This document shows positions 1-10,833 of a stretch of 64,000 bases of DNA, piece by piece. Under the pieces are notes generated by a model. It searched no databases. It was not told the DNA's origin and saw nothing but the letters and a program-made list of their open reading frames with translations. Source of the DNA: Pelagibacteraceae bacterium AG-422-B15. Its GTDB lineage: Bacteria > Pseudomonadota > Alphaproteobacteria > Pelagibacterales > AG-422-B15. The stretch is from positions 6,288-70,287 of the forward strand of contig CAJJBG010000018.1 of the NCBI GenBank assembly GCA_905182345.1, written 5' to 3'. Position 1 is the stretch's first letter; each line of letters begins with the position of its first letter. The translations under genes were made by a program, and so were the position numbers.

Positions 1-1335
1 ATCTCCTGAAAACTCTTCAACAATTATTTCTTCTGACAATAGTTGTTCTTTAATTTTTTTTGGATTTGCTTCTGGTTTATCACATTTATTTATTGCAACA
101 ATTATTGGCACATTAGCAGATTTAGCATGAGCAATGGCTTCTTGGGTTTGTGGCATAACACCATCATCAGCAGCAACAATTAATATGATAATGTCTGTAA
201 CATTTGCTCCTCTTGCCCGCATTTCAGTAAAGGCTGCATGACCTGGTGTATCAATAAAAGTTATCTTTTTATTGTTATGTTCAATTTGGTACGCACCAAT
301 ATGCTGTGTGATACCACCACTCTCACCTGAGACAATATTAGAGTTTCTTAATTTATCTAATAATGATGTTTTTCCATGATCGACGTGACCCATGATTGTT
401 ACGATAGGCGGTCTTTCAGAATCTTTTATTGCATCATCATTATGAGAAATTAGTCCTTTTTGCAACTCTTCGACATTATCTCGTTTAAACTTATGTCCAA
501 ATTCAGTAACAAGTAGTTCTGCAGTATCAGCATCAAGTATTTCATTGACTGTAGCCATCATGCCCATTTTCATAAGGGATTTAATTACATCACCTGATTT
601 TTCAGCCATCTTTATTGCCAAATCTTTTACTGTGACATGGTCAGAAATATTTACTTCTCTAACAATTTTCTGCTGATTTTCTTTTGAAAAATCATTACGT
701 TTAGTTTTTTGCTTTGAGCGTTTGTATGCAGCTAAACTTCGTGTGCGCTCATCCATGCCTGAGAGAGCTGTTACAATAGTTACTTTTCTCTCTCTTAAGT
801 TTTTTCTTCCAAAACCAGTTGTGGGTTTTTTCTTTTCTTGCTGATCATCTGTTTGATTAGGCTCAATGAGAGGCTGTTTAAATTCAAATAGCTTATCATC
901 AGATTTATCTTCTACGATTTCTTTATTTTCAAGTTCATCAACTACCTCTTTAGTTGACTGGTCATTAATAATTCCACCTATTTCCTTTAGTACGTCTTTT
1001 TTATCCGCTTCATTTTTTGCTTCCTGTAATCTTTTTTGTTCTTCTTTAGAAAGTCTTTTTAAAATCACACCTGATTTTTTTAGTTGTTTTGTTTCACCTT
1101 CAGGTACTTTTTCTATAGATTCTTTAATACTTGGACTAATAACACTTGAAATCTTTTTTTCAGTTTCAGGTAAGTCTTGGATGTTCGTGGTTGGAACAAC
1201 TTTTCTTACGCGCTTGCGTTCTACAACAACAGTAGCGCCACTTTCAAATCCTTGTATTGGATTAGATTTTATCGAAGACCCGATCTTTAAGCTGAGAGTT
1301 TTTTTCTTAGTAGTATTTTTTTTGTCTTCTACCAT
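1..1335 (-). CDS. infB: Translation initiation factor IF-2, N-terminal ~445 codons (3' end runs off the window start)
   Basis: Minus-strand frame is open to the window edge, so it is absent from the ORF track. ATG at 1335 gives [20 protein letters not shown]..., then a Lys/Glu-rich N-domain and the G-domain motif [12 protein letters not shown] (approx 361-399). It lies 20 nt downstream of nusA, as in nusA-infB operons. Confidence 0.93.
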   Translation of the reverse strand, partial: MVEDKKNTTKKKTLSLKIGSSIKSNPIQGFESGATVVVERKRVRKVVPTTNIQDLPETEKKISSVISPSIKESIEKVPEGETKQLKKSGVILKRLSKEEQKRLQEAKNEADKKDVLKEIGGIINDQSTKEVVDELENKEIVEDKSDDKLFEFKQPLIEPNQTDDQQEKKKPTTGFGRKNLRERKVTIVTALSGMDERTRSLAAYKRSKQKTKRNDFSKENQQKIVREVNISDHVTVKDLAIKMAEKSGDVIKSLMKMGMMATVNEILDADTAELLVTEFGHKFKRDNVEELQKGLISHNDDAIKDSERPPIVTIMGHVDHGKTSLLDKLRNSNIVSGESGGITQHIGAYQIEHNNKKITFIDTPGHAAFTEMRARGANVTDIIILIVAADDGVMPQTQEAIAHAKSANVPIIVAINKCDKPEANPKKIKEQLLSEEIIVEEFSGD

Positions 1336-1355
1336 TTTTATTTTTTATATAGCTT

Positions 1356-2891
1356 CTAATTAAGCCATATCTTCCTTGCTTCTAAAATTAATTCATCTGC
1401 TTCATCTCGTGTAAGGTTAAAGCCATCTAATAATCCTATTACTTTGCTAGATTTATCATGCTTATCTTCAAAATATCCAATCAAATCATCTGTCGTTAAC
1501 CCAGCAAACTCGTCTAATGTAATAATCTTATTTTTAGCCAAAGTAACTAGCATAGAAGAACTTAGCTTCCAAAATTCGATGAACTTATCTTCTACCTTTA
1601 AATCAGATAGGATTTTTTTATTCTCTTTTTCAGTTTTTTCTAAATAAGTTGACGCTCGTTCAATTAGTTCACTAACTACTTCTTCATCAAAGCCTTCAAT
1701 ATTTAAAAACTCAGATTTTTCAGTTTCAGCAATTTCTTCAATTGAAGCAAATCCCTCTGTTACTAATAGTTGTGCCAATGTTTCATCAACATCAATTGCA
1801 TCAACAATCATCTTAGTTTTTTCAATAAAGTCTGCTTGTCTTTTTGTTGATTCTTCTGCTTCAGTTAAAATATCAATATCCCATCCAGTTAACTCAGATG
1901 CTAATTTAACATTCTGTCCTCTTCGGCCGATAGCTAGACTTAAATGAGATTCATCAACCACAACTTCAATCTTATTTTGCTCCTCATCAAGAACAACTTT
2001 TAGAACTTCGGCTGGTGCTAATGAAGAAATTGCTAAATTTGCTAAACTTTCTGACCAATTAATAATGTCAATTTTCTCACCTTGCAATTCATTAACAATA
2101 GCCTGAACTCTACTACCTCTCATACCAACACATGCTCCTACAGGATCAATCGAACTGTCGTTTGAGGATACTGCAATTTTTGCCCTACTACCTGGATCTC
2201 TTGCAACTTTTTTAATTTCTATTATCCCGTCATAAATTTCTGGAACTTCTTGTTTAAATAACATTGCCATAAATTGTGGGTGTGCTCTTGATAGAAATAT
2301 TTGTGGTCCTTTGGTTTCAGATTTAACTTCGTAAATATAAGCTTTAACTCTGTCTCCATTCCTTAAACTTTCCCTTGGTATTCCTTGGTCTCTTTTGATA
2401 ATACCTTCAGCTTTACCCAGATCCAAAATAATATTCCCAAATTCTGTTCTTTTGACAATGCCGTTAACTACCTCACCCATCTTATCTTTAAATTCTTCAT
2501 ATTGTCTTGCGCGTTCAGCTTCTCTAACTTTAGTTGTAATAACTTGTTTTGCAGCTTGTGCTGCAACTCTACCAAAATCTAATGGTGGAAGTGGGTCTAA
2601 TAATTCATCGCCAATTTCTGCAACTGAATTTATAGCTTTAGCATCCTTAAGTTCAATTTCTGAGAATTTATTTTGAACCTTATCAACTACTAACATTTTT
2701 CTAGATAAAGATATTTGACCTGTTTCTGTGTCTATCTCGGCAAAAACATCATTTTCTTCACCATAGCTGTTTTTAGCAGCCTTAACCATTGCTTCTTCAA
2801 GAGCAGAAATAACAATCTCTTTGTCGATCATTTTTTCCTGAGCTACTGCTTCTACTATTCTTAATATTTCAATTTTATTTGCACTTACCAT
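1356..2891 (-). CDS. nusA: Transcription termination/antitermination factor NusA
   Basis: 511 aa. NusA-like N-terminus (KIEILRIVEAVAQEK), S1/KH core (GACVGMRGSRVQ, AIGRRGQNV) and an acidic C-terminal HhH region. Located immediately upstream of infB. Confidence 0.97.
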   Translation of the reverse strand: MVSANKIEILRIVEAVAQEKMIDKEIVISALEEAMVKAAKNSYGEENDVFAEIDTETGQISLSRKMLVVDKVQNKFSEIELKDAKAINSVAEIGDELLDPLPPLDFGRVAAQAAKQVITTKVREAERARQYEEFKDKMGEVVNGIVKRTEFGNIILDLGKAEGIIKRDQGIPRESLRNGDRVKAYIYEVKSETKGPQIFLSRAHPQFMAMLFKQEVPEIYDGIIEIKKVARDPGSRAKIAVSSNDSSIDPVGACVGMRGSRVQAIVNELQGEKIDIINWSESLANLAISSLAPAEVLKVVLDEEQNKIEVVVDESHLSLAIGRRGQNVKLASELTGWDIDILTEAEESTKRQADFIEKTKMIVDAIDVDETLAQLLVTEGFASIEEIAETEKSEFLNIEGFDEEVVSELIERASTYLEKTEKENKKILSDLKVEDKFIEFWKLSSSMLVTLAKNKIITLDEFAGLTTDDLIGYFEDKHDKSSKVIGLLDGFNLTRDEADELILEARKIWLN

Positions 2892-2916
2892 GTATATGTT
2901 TGCCTTGTTTTTATCT

Positions 2917-2945
2917 AAAAAAAAAGTGGGCTAAACCCACTTTTA
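2917..2945 (-). terminator. Canonical intrinsic terminator hairpin 26 nt upstream of the nusA ATG (operon terminator and/or nusA leader attenuator)
   Basis: Minus strand reads AAAAGTGGG-TTTAG-CCCACTTTT followed by further Ts (9-T run = plus-strand A run 2917-2925). GC core GTGGG/CCCAC at 2926-2930/2936-2940, 5-nt loop. Confidence 0.6.
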
Positions 2946-2968
2946 TAGTTCACTAAAATGTATGCTGT

Positions 2969-2997
2969 CTTATATACAGTCAAATTTTATAAATCAA
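2969..2997 (-). promoter_or_regulatory. Candidate sigma70-type promoter TTGATT-N17-TATAAG reading toward nusA
   Basis: Minus-strand -35 TTGATT (2997-2992), 17-nt spacer, -10 TATAAG (2974-2969). It sits between the trmB stop and the terminator hairpin. Sequence match only. Confidence 0.35.
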
Positions 2998-3003
2998 GAG
3001 CAT

Positions 3004-3039
3004 AAAAAGACTATCTATTTCAAATAGTTATAGTCTTTT
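3004..3039 (-). terminator. AT-rich hairpin spanning the trmB stop codon (possible trmB-operon terminator)
   Basis: AAAAGACTAT (3005-3014) pairs with ATAGTCTTTT (3030-3039). Inner CTAT/ATAG pairing with a 2-nt bulge. On the minus strand the stem ends in TTTTT. Confidence 0.3.
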
Positions 3040-3744
3040 AAGGTGTATCAAATGAATCTTTCTGCCTTTTAGTATGCCTTTTTTTTGATATTTTGAAATA
3101 TTAAACAAATAATCATCCGAATTTAAAGCTCTAATATCACAGTACTTAAACTCAATATCATTATTTTTTATGATTTCTGACATATGTTCAAAATATGAAA
3201 TTGAATCTGTTGTTATGCTTACACTTCCATTAATTTTTAGCTTTTTATACAATAGTGAAATAAAATCATGGTTTATTAACCTTCTTTTAAAATGTCTTTT
3301 TTTTTCCCATGGATCTGGATTGATTATAAAAATATCATCTATCGACCTATTTTCTAAACTGTTTAAAAGATATAGGCAATTAAGGCCACAGAGCGATATA
3401 TTGTATATATTTTCTTCTTTAATTCTTTTTAGAACTTTTCCTAAACCATTAATAAAAACTTCACATCCTATATAATGTGTACTTTCATCATTTTTAGCTT
3501 TTGATATTAAATGCTCACCATCACCAAATCCTATTTCAATAGTATGTTTTTTATAATTTGGATTTAAAATATATGTTTTGTCGCTGGCCTGCTTTGTAGT
3601 TACGTTCAATATTTCTTTATCAATTGAATAGTTTATATATTCTTCTTCAAAGATTTTACTTAATGATGGAGATAGCCTCTTGGCAATACGTCTGCCATAA
3701 TATCGGTAATAAGCTGGATATTTTTCCTTTAAATCAAACAGCAC
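3028..3744 (-). CDS. trmB: tRNA (guanine-N7)-methyltransferase
   Basis: 238 aa. SAM-binding stretch IEIGFGDGEHL, and PDPWEKKRHFKRR, which is characteristic of TrmB. Confidence 0.9.
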   Translation of the reverse strand: MLFDLKEKYPAYYRYYGRRIAKRLSPSLSKIFEEEYINYSIDKEILNVTTKQASDKTYILNPNYKKHTIEIGFGDGEHLISKAKNDESTHYIGCEVFINGLGKVLKRIKEENIYNISLCGLNCLYLLNSLENRSIDDIFIINPDPWEKKRHFKRRLINHDFISLLYKKLKINGSVSITTDSISYFEHMSEIIKNNDIEFKYCDIRALNSDDYLFNISKYQKKGILKGRKIHLIHLKRL

Positions 3745-3745
3745 A

Positions 3746-4909
3746 TTAGATATTTTTTAGATCATTAACTATATCTAATTTTTCCCAAGAAAAACCTCCA
3801 TCTTGTTCTGTGTCTCGTCCAAAGTGTCCATATGCAGCTGAACGTTTATAGATGGGTTTATTTAATTTTAAATGATCTCTAATTCCTCTTGGTGTTAAGT
3901 CTACAATTTCTCTAATTTTTTTTATAAGCTTAGATTCATCAATATTAGAAGTGTTGTAGGTATTAATATAAATTGATAATGGCTCTGCAACTCCAATAGC
4001 ATAAGCAACTTGAAGTAAACATTTGTCTGCTATGCCAGCAGCAACTATATTTTTAGCTATATACCTTGTTATATATGCTGCCGACCTATCAACTTTAGTT
4101 GGATCTTTTCCTGAAAATGCCCCACCACCATGTGGTGCCGCACCCCCATAAGTATCAACTATAATTTTTCTGCCTGTTAATCCTGTATCCCCATCAGGAC
4201 CACCGATCACAAAATTACCTGTTGGATTTATATGGTACTGTGTTTCATTTGAAAGCCAATTATCTGGCATAGTATTTTTAATAAACGGCATAACAATTTC
4301 TTTTATATCTTCAGAAGAAAGTCCTTCATCATGCTGTGTAGATACTACCACTGATGTACATTTAACTGGCTTTCCATCAACATATTTTAATGTTACTTGG
4401 CTTTTAGAATCTGGCTGTATGCCAGATATTGAATTTTCTTTTCTTGCTTTTGCAAGATCTTGTAAAATAAGATGGGAATAATAAACCGGTGCTGGCATAA
4501 GACTTGGCGTTTCATTGCATGCATAGCCAAACATTATTCCTTGGTCTCCTGCGCCTTGATCTTTATTGCCTAATGAATCTACGCCTTGAGCTATATCTGC
4601 TGATTGACTATGTACATAAGATTCAAAGGATAGGTCTTTCCAATGAAACCCACTTTGCTCATAGCCAATTTCTTTCACTGCATTTCTTGCCAAATCTTCA
4701 TAAGGACAAACATACCCTTCTGGGCCACGTACTTCACCAGCTATAACAATTTTATTTGTAGTAACTAAAGTTTCAACTGCTACTCTAGCATTTTCTGGGT
4801 TAGATTGACTCATAAAGTCGTCTACTATTGAATCTGAAATTATATCTGAAACTTTATCGGGATGACCTTCTGAAACTGACTCACTTGTAAATAAAAACTC
4901 TTCACTCAT
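3746..4909 (-). CDS. metK: S-adenosylmethionine synthetase
   Basis: Motifs [26 protein letters not shown] and [28 protein letters not shown]. Start placed at the internal [10 protein letters not shown] (4909); the ORF-track start at 4954 adds 15 non-conserved residues and would overlap lnt more deeply. Confidence 0.96.
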   Translation of the reverse strand: MSEEFLFTSESVSEGHPDKVSDIISDSIVDDFMSQSNPENARVAVETLVTTNKIVIAGEVRGPEGYVCPYEDLARNAVKEIGYEQSGFHWKDLSFESYVHSQSADIAQGVDSLGNKDQGAGDQGIMFGYACNETPSLMPAPVYYSHLILQDLAKARKENSISGIQPDSKSQVTLKYVDGKPVKCTSVVVSTQHDEGLSSEDIKEIVMPFIKNTMPDNWLSNETQYHINPTGNFVIGGPDGDTGLTGRKIIVDTYGGAAPHGGGAFSGKDPTKVDRSAAYITRYIAKNIVAAGIADKCLLQVAYAIGVAEPLSIYINTYNTSNIDESKLIKKIREIVDLTPRGIRDHLKLNKPIYKRSAAYGHFGRDTEQDGGFSWEKLDIVNDLKNI

Positions 4910-6350
4910 TAAACGTTTCTCTTTTTTTAAATAATATTTTAGTAAAGTATCCAAATATTATTAATAGTACCATTAAAAAATAAACAATTTTATACCTATA
5001 TTTGGCATATATTGTATCAACTCCAATAGGGACAGTTACATCGACAAATCCATTGGCACCATAGGAAACTTGGTGCGTAATTACTCCCAATGGATTAATT
5101 AGTGCAGAAAATCCCATATTACTTGAACGGGCTAAGGGCAGACCTTCTTCTATCGCCCTAAATCTTATGTGTGTAAAATGTTGCATCGGACCCGTTTTTT
5201 TTCCAAACCATGAATCGTTAGTTATGTTTATTATAAGTTTTGCATTTTCTCTCCTATTTTGTGCAACAATATTTGGAAATATACCCTCATAACAAATAAG
5301 TGGAATAAATAAACTTGGAAAATTATTATTTTTACCTTTAGATAAGGAGTTTAAATTAAAATATTTTGCAAAAGGTAATCCCATGATAAATTCAGAAAAT
5401 GGAATATACTCGCCAAAGGGAACTAAGTGCTTTTTATCATATACAGATCCATTGTAGGCAATAGAATTATAATATTTATTATCGTCTACTCTTAAATATC
5501 CTTGAAACCAATCTAATCCTTCAAATGGTTTTAATCCAGCCATAGTTTCTGGAATGATTGTTAAATAATTTTCAGATTTTAGTTTTTCAACAATATTTCT
5601 AGTTTCAATTGACCATTTACTTGATTGTTTGATGTGTGTCCCTACTATTCTTACTTTAAAATCTTTAGATAGAACTTCTTCATAATTATTAATACGCTTA
5701 AATCCATATAAAAATATTAATAATATTATAATAATACTTAAGGCTGTTAAAAAAAAATTTTCTTTTTTAATTTTAAATGAGAATATTGCACAAGAGCAAA
5801 ATACAGAAATAATACCCAAACCATATGGTCCCACTACAGATAAAAATTGAGTAAAATTACTTGACCATGACCAACTATAGCAAATTAAATTCCATGGTAA
5901 CCCAGAAAATATATGGCTTCTTATTAATTCAAATAAAATCCAAATGACCGGAAAGTAAAAAATTTTTGAGTTACTGTCATCCCATAATAAGCAAATAGTT
6001 AGTTGCATTAATCCATAAAAAAGACCTAAAATTAGTGGTAAAATAATTATAGAAAAAGGCAGAAAATATTTAATGCTTCCACCATAAACTAATAGTGAGT
6101 TTGAAATCCAATATGTACTTGATAAAAAAAACCCAAACCCAAAAGCAATTCCTATAATAAAAAATCCAGAAAATAATCTGCCATATTTTGAATAAAATAT
6201 GTCATTTACTTTAAAGAATGCTCCTACAATTATTAAGGATAAAAATGGAATATTGTATGGGTCAAATGCAAGTGATAAAAATAAACCTAGTATAAATGCA
6301 GCTATATAAAAAGATTTTTGGTCTTTCAACTTAATTAAGTTAAGCAACAT
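4902..6350 (-). CDS. lnt: Apolipoprotein N-acyltransferase
   Basis: 482 aa. Multi-TM N-terminal half plus a CN-hydrolase-like C-terminal half with the catalytic-Cys context LICYEGIFP. Sits in the conserved ybeY-corC-lnt neighbourhood. Confidence 0.9.
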   Translation of the reverse strand: MLLNLIKLKDQKSFYIAAFILGLFLSLAFDPYNIPFLSLIIVGAFFKVNDIFYSKYGRLFSGFFIIGIAFGFGFFLSSTYWISNSLLVYGGSIKYFLPFSIIILPLILGLFYGLMQLTICLLWDDSNSKIFYFPVIWILFELIRSHIFSGLPWNLICYSWSWSSNFTQFLSVVGPYGLGIISVFCSCAIFSFKIKKENFFLTALSIIIILLIFLYGFKRINNYEEVLSKDFKVRIVGTHIKQSSKWSIETRNIVEKLKSENYLTIIPETMAGLKPFEGLDWFQGYLRVDDNKYYNSIAYNGSVYDKKHLVPFGEYIPFSEFIMGLPFAKYFNLNSLSKGKNNNFPSLFIPLICYEGIFPNIVAQNRRENAKLIINITNDSWFGKKTGPMQHFTHIRFRAIEEGLPLARSSNMGFSALINPLGVITHQVSYGANGFVDVTVPIGVDTIYAKYRYKIVYFLMVLLIIFGYFTKILFKKRETFNE

Positions 6351-6352
6351 AG

Positions 6353-7186
6353 TTATTTTGGTAGAGATATTTTTATAATCTTAATTCTTCTTGGGTCAGC
6401 ATCATTAATAGTAAAAATTATTCCTGAATCGTGCTTTATAATTTCACCTCTTTGTGGAACTCTCCCAGCTACTGAAGTAACAAGTCCACCTATTGTATCA
6501 GTATCTTCTCCATTTATTAATAGTGGTATTTGAGAAATTTTCTCCAGTTCAGTAATTGGTAAACGTGCACTTGCTTCAAATGTATTGGGGCTTAGTTTAA
6601 TAAACATTGGCAAGTCTTGTGTGTCATGCTCATCTTCAATTTCACCAGTTATTTCTTCTATAACATCTTCTATGGTTATTAATCCATCAACACCACCATA
6701 TTCATCTATAACTATACCCATATGTAATCTAGTTAATTGCATCTTAATCAATAAATCTAGAGCAGGCATTGATGGTGGAATATGCAAAATATCCTTCTTA
6801 ATTTTTGTAATAAAATCTACACCTTCTTTTAAGTTACCTTCAGTCTGAAATTTAACTAAATCTTTAATGTGTAGCATTCCCGTTATATGATCTAATTGCT
6901 CATGATAAATGGGCACCCTGGAGTGAGCCCCATCAACAAAAATTTTTATAACTTCATCAAATGAGATTCTTTCATCAACAGCAATAATTTCAGCTCTTGG
7001 AATCATAATATCCCTAGCTAAAATTTCATCTATTTTCAAAATATTCATAAGCATGTTTCTTTCTTGCTTAGATATTCCATCTGTATTGCTAGACTTATTA
7101 TCCAATACAGTCTCTAGATCTTCTCTAATATTCTTTTTATCTATTGAGCCTTTAAAAGATAGTCTGTTTAAAAAACTTTTAATCAT
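6353..7186 (-). CDS. corC: CBS-pair / CorC_HlyC-domain protein (CorC/TlyC family)
   Basis: 277 aa. CBS region (HSRVPIYHEQLDHITGMLHIKDL) and a C-terminal transporter-associated domain. Follows ybeY as in the ybeZYX-lnt cluster. Confidence 0.85.
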   Translation of the reverse strand: MIKSFLNRLSFKGSIDKKNIREDLETVLDNKSSNTDGISKQERNMLMNILKIDEILARDIMIPRAEIIAVDERISFDEVIKIFVDGAHSRVPIYHEQLDHITGMLHIKDLVKFQTEGNLKEGVDFITKIKKDILHIPPSMPALDLLIKMQLTRLHMGIVIDEYGGVDGLITIEDVIEEITGEIEDEHDTQDLPMFIKLSPNTFEASARLPITELEKISQIPLLINGEDTDTIGGLVTSVAGRVPQRGEIIKHDSGIIFTINDADPRRIKIIKISLPK

Positions 7187-7638
7187 TTTCTCACTTTTTT
7201 TATAATATTTTCTTCAAGTTTTCGCATAATTTCATAATCTTTATCTAATACGTGATCATAACCTAATAAGTGCAATATTCCATGAATAGATATCTTTGCA
7301 AGATATTCGTCTTTTTCTATATTTTGCTCCTTAGACTCACTTAATATTTTATCTATTGAAATAGCAATATCTCCTAATATATTTTCATGCTCAAAAGAGT
7401 TTTTATCAATCATAGGGAATGACAAAACATTAGTAGCCTTATCTTTTGATCTATAGTCAAAATTTAGCTTTTTAATAAGTGTATCATTAAGTAGAGCAAA
7501 GCTTATTTCATATTTCTTATTTACATGATTATTAGTCTCTGAAAAAGCTTGTTTTGCAGTATTTTTAATAATCTTTTTATAATTTGGTAAAAGGTTTATC
7601 CATTTATTGTCTAGAACTGAAAAATTGATTGTTGTCAT
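7183..7638 (-). CDS. ybeY: Endoribonuclease YbeY (rRNA maturation)
   Basis: 151 aa with the zinc motif HGILHLLGYDH. 4-nt overlap with corC. Confidence 0.93.
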   Translation of the reverse strand: MTTINFSVLDNKWINLLPNYKKIIKNTAKQAFSETNNHVNKKYEISFALLNDTLIKKLNFDYRSKDKATNVLSFPMIDKNSFEHENILGDIAISIDKILSESKEQNIEKDEYLAKISIHGILHLLGYDHVLDKDYEIMRKLEENIIKKVRK

Positions 7639-8666
7639 TATGATATTATATCATAAGAGCTTAGTGATTTTGATTGGAAATTACTATGATTGTCATAGGC
7701 ATCTAATATTTTAGATATAATTTCATCTCTAACAATATCTCGCTTAGAAAAATTAACAATGCCAACTTCTGATAAAAGTTTGAGAGCTTCAATTGAATCA
7801 TTTAATCCTGATCCAATATGATTTGGTAAATCAATCTGAGATGGGTCACCATTAACAACCATTCTAGTGTTTTTACCACATCTTGTTAAAAACATCTTTA
7901 TTTGTGTACTAGTTGCATTTTGAGCCTCATCAAGAATTACAAATGCATTGTTCAATGTTCTACCGCGCATAAATGCCAAAGGTGCTATCTCTATCATTGA
8001 AGACTCTATTTTTCTTAAAGCTTCATCTGGCGGCAACAACTCGTGTATTGCATCATAAAATGGTCTTAAGTATGGATCTACTTTTTCCTTAATATCTCCT
8101 GGTAGAAATCCTAATTTTTCCCCAGCTTCAACTGCTGGTCTTGATAAAATAATTCTGTCATATTTACCATCAAGAAGTTGTGCTACTGCTGCTGCAACTG
8201 CTAAATACGTTTTTCCTGTTCCTGCCGGTCCAACACCAAATACTATTTGCTTAGAATACAAGGCTTCTAAATATTGATTTTGTTGTGGGGTTTTTCCAGT
8301 AACAGAGGTTCTAGTTGTTTTTGCAACAGTAAGGTTTTTTATATTCTGATTTTCTTTATCATTTTTAATTTTCATATTCAATATTTCCTTAAAGCTATTT
8401 TTATATTTTAAGTTAGGTACTTTCAGTTCCTCAGACAATTGTATTATTGTATCTCTTAAAACGTATCGATCTTTTTTATTTCCTTTAATAATAATAATAT
8501 TTCCTTTTTGTAGAATTTGAACTGAAAGATGCTCTTCTGCATACTCAAGATTTTCATTATTTATACCAATTATGTCTACGATATGTGAGTTGGCTAAGCT
8601 AACAACAGTTGATTTATTGCTACTTATAAGAGATTGATCTAATTTTTTTTTTAGACGTTTGTTCAA
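7638..8666 (-). CDS. phoH: PhoH-like ATPase (YbeZ)
   Basis: Walker A GPAGTGKTYLAVA, plus DEAQN and the conserved C-terminal PhoH core. Located upstream of ybeY. Confidence 0.92.
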   Translation of the reverse strand: MNKRLKKKLDQSLISSNKSTVVSLANSHIVDIIGINNENLEYAEEHLSVQILQKGNIIIIKGNKKDRYVLRDTIIQLSEELKVPNLKYKNSFKEILNMKIKNDKENQNIKNLTVAKTTRTSVTGKTPQQNQYLEALYSKQIVFGVGPAGTGKTYLAVAAAVAQLLDGKYDRIILSRPAVEAGEKLGFLPGDIKEKVDPYLRPFYDAIHELLPPDEALRKIESSMIEIAPLAFMRGRTLNNAFVILDEAQNATSTQIKMFLTRCGKNTRMVVNGDPSQIDLPNHIGSGLNDSIEALKLLSEVGIVNFSKRDIVRDEIISKILDAYDNHSNFQSKSLSSYDIIS

Positions 8667-8680
8667 TTCTTATTAATTTA

Positions 8681-10006
8681 TTAATTACTTAACATACCAT
8701 ATAAACTCTTGTGATTGCAAGTTTCTATTGCCACTGATGCTTCTTCTCCAACCGTTAAATTCTTTGATTTTACATATACTGGCTGAAGAAAAGGTGTTCT
8801 GCCAAAATAATATTCTGGATTACTTTGACTTTGATTTTCAATTAAAACATTGTCTACATTTTTGTTACAAAATGTTTTATTAAATTCTAATTGAAGTTCT
8901 TCTAATTTTTTTTGAAGAATGCTTAGTCTTAGTTTTTTTTCAACAAGTGGTGTTATATCTTCAATAGTAGCAGCTTTAGTCCCCGGCCTTTCACTATAGA
9001 TAAATGAATAGGACTGTTTAAATCCTACATAATCCACTAAATCTAATGTGGCTTGAAAATCTTTTTCAGTTTCACCTGGAAACCCAATAATAAAGTCTGA
9101 TGATATCTCCATATTTGGTCGTACAGTTTTTAAGTTATCTATAATATGTTTGTACTCACTAATATTATATTTTCTATTCATTTTATTCAAAATTTCATCA
9201 GATCCAGATTGAACTGGTAGATGAAGAAATGGCATTAATTTTTCATTAGAGCCATGAAGTTGAATTAATTCGTTATCCATATTATTTGGATGGGATGTCG
9301 TATATCTAATCCTTTTTACTTTTTCTATTTTACTAACTTCATCTATTAGTTTTGAGATACTATAAGAAATTTCTTTGTTATCTATATATTGATATGCATT
9401 AACATTTTGACCTAATAAAATAATTTCTCTGGTTCCACTTTCTGTTAGAGCCTCAGCTTCTTTAACAATACTCTCGATGGATCTTGAATATTCTGGTCCA
9501 CGAGTAAACGGTACTACACAGAAAGCGCAAAACTTATCACAGCCTTCTTGAATGGTAATGTAAGATGAAACTCCTTTTGGGCTTTTTTCTTCACGAATAA
9601 GATCAAATTTTTCATTAATAATAAATTCTGTATTAATTTGCTTTTCTTGATAATATTTATGTGCCTTAAGCATTTTGGGTAACAAGTGATAGCTTTGGGG
9701 GCCTAAAACAATATCAACATCTTTATTTTTCTTAAAAATTTCATCATTTTCAGCTTGTGCAACACATCCTACTAAAGCTATTGTTTTACTTTTATCTTCT
9801 TTTGTTACTCTTCCAATATCAGAATAAACTTTTTGTGCAGCTTTCTCTCTGATATTACATGTATTAAACACAATTAGATCTGCATTCTGAATATCACTAC
9901 TATTAAAGTAGCCATCATTAAGTAGCAATGAATTAATCTTATTGCTATCATACTCATTCATTTGGCAGCCATATGATTTAATAAAAAATGTTTTATTTTT
10001 CATCAT
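8681..10006 (-). CDS. miaB: tRNA-2-methylthio-N6-dimethylallyladenosine synthase
   Basis: 441 aa. N-terminal YGCQMNEYDS, radical-SAM cluster CDKFCAFCVVP and a C-terminal TRAM region. Confidence 0.95.
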   Translation of the reverse strand: MMKNKTFFIKSYGCQMNEYDSNKINSLLLNDGYFNSSDIQNADLIVFNTCNIREKAAQKVYSDIGRVTKEDKSKTIALVGCVAQAENDEIFKKNKDVDIVLGPQSYHLLPKMLKAHKYYQEKQINTEFIINEKFDLIREEKSPKGVSSYITIQEGCDKFCAFCVVPFTRGPEYSRSIESIVKEAEALTESGTREIILLGQNVNAYQYIDNKEISYSISKLIDEVSKIEKVKRIRYTTSHPNNMDNELIQLHGSNEKLMPFLHLPVQSGSDEILNKMNRKYNISEYKHIIDNLKTVRPNMEISSDFIIGFPGETEKDFQATLDLVDYVGFKQSYSFIYSERPGTKAATIEDITPLVEKKLRLSILQKKLEELQLEFNKTFCNKNVDNVLIENQSQSNPEYYFGRTPFLQPVYVKSKNLTVGEEASVAIETCNHKSLYGMLSN

Positions 10007-10818
10007 ATATAATAATGAATTCTATCTGTGATATTTTTACGAATTGTATCTTCACAATAATCTCTCATTAGTTTTCTATTTTCAAATTCTTTAATTGTTA
10101 CTGCTTTATCAACTTTAACAGATACAGTTACAGTACCTGACATTAAAAAGTTTAACATCAATTCTAAGATAGGTATATCACCAATCCATGCAATTTCTCT
10201 TCTTGTAATGGCACCCATGGGCAAGCCGTTTTTTTTTAAATAAATTAATGTAATAGGTTGCACTGAAATATATTTTTCAAGATTTAATTTTGAACAAATG
10301 TATGTTGCATTTGCTGATTCAAAAAAAGATGATTTAAATTTACGAATACTACTTCCGTCTGATGTGGTTCCCTCTGGAAATAAAATGAGATTATGGCCTT
10401 TTAATAATTCATTTCGTATTATTTTGGTATAATCAAGTGATCGGGAGACTTTTGTGTTATCAATAAAAAATGTATTATTTATATTGGCTAAAAATCCAAA
10501 TAACCCCATTGCTTTTACTTCTTTTTTTGCAATAAACCTTCCTTTAAATAAAGAGCCAATTGCTAAAATATCAATCCATGACACATGGTTGGACACAAGT
10601 AGTTTTCCAGTATTGTTTTGCTCATTTAAATATTTGAAACTTGCTTCATCTACTTCTACTTTAATACCAATTAAATTGTTAATTAGCTGAAAAAACTTTT
10701 CAGGCATAATATATTTCAATCTTAAATTAAATAAATTTGATATTATCTGGATGGGCACTACCATCATGACAAAAAATATAATAAAAATTAATGATACTAT
10801 TAAATTAATAATTTTCAT
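10003..10818 (-). CDS. Lysophospholipid acyltransferase (PlsC/LPLAT family), membrane anchored
   Basis: HX4D motif NHVSWIDIL and FPEGTTSDG, with an N-terminal TM helix. 4-nt overlap with miaB. Confidence 0.85.
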   Translation of the reverse strand: MKIINLIVSLIFIIFFVMMVVPIQIISNLFNLRLKYIMPEKFFQLINNLIGIKVEVDEASFKYLNEQNNTGKLLVSNHVSWIDILAIGSLFKGRFIAKKEVKAMGLFGFLANINNTFFIDNTKVSRSLDYTKIIRNELLKGHNLILFPEGTTSDGSSIRKFKSSFFESANATYICSKLNLEKYISVQPITLIYLKKNGLPMGAITRREIAWIGDIPILELMLNFLMSGTVTVSVKVDKAVTIKEFENRKLMRDYCEDTIRKNITDRIHYYI

Positions 10819-10833
10819 TATGTATTAATAAAG

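Noticed and set aside
866-1363. 165-aa plus-strand ORF from the track (Ser/Phe/Leu-rich)
   Set aside because: It lies entirely antisense to the Lys/Glu-rich N-terminal domain of infB. AAA/GAA codons read backwards give stop-free TTT/TTC runs. It is low-complexity with no motifs, so it is a shadow ORF.
4910-4954. 15-codon N-terminal extension of metK in the ORF track ([15 protein letters not shown])
   Set aside because: The conserved MetK N-terminus begins at [19 protein letters not shown]. The extension would deepen the overlap with lnt and is not conserved-looking.
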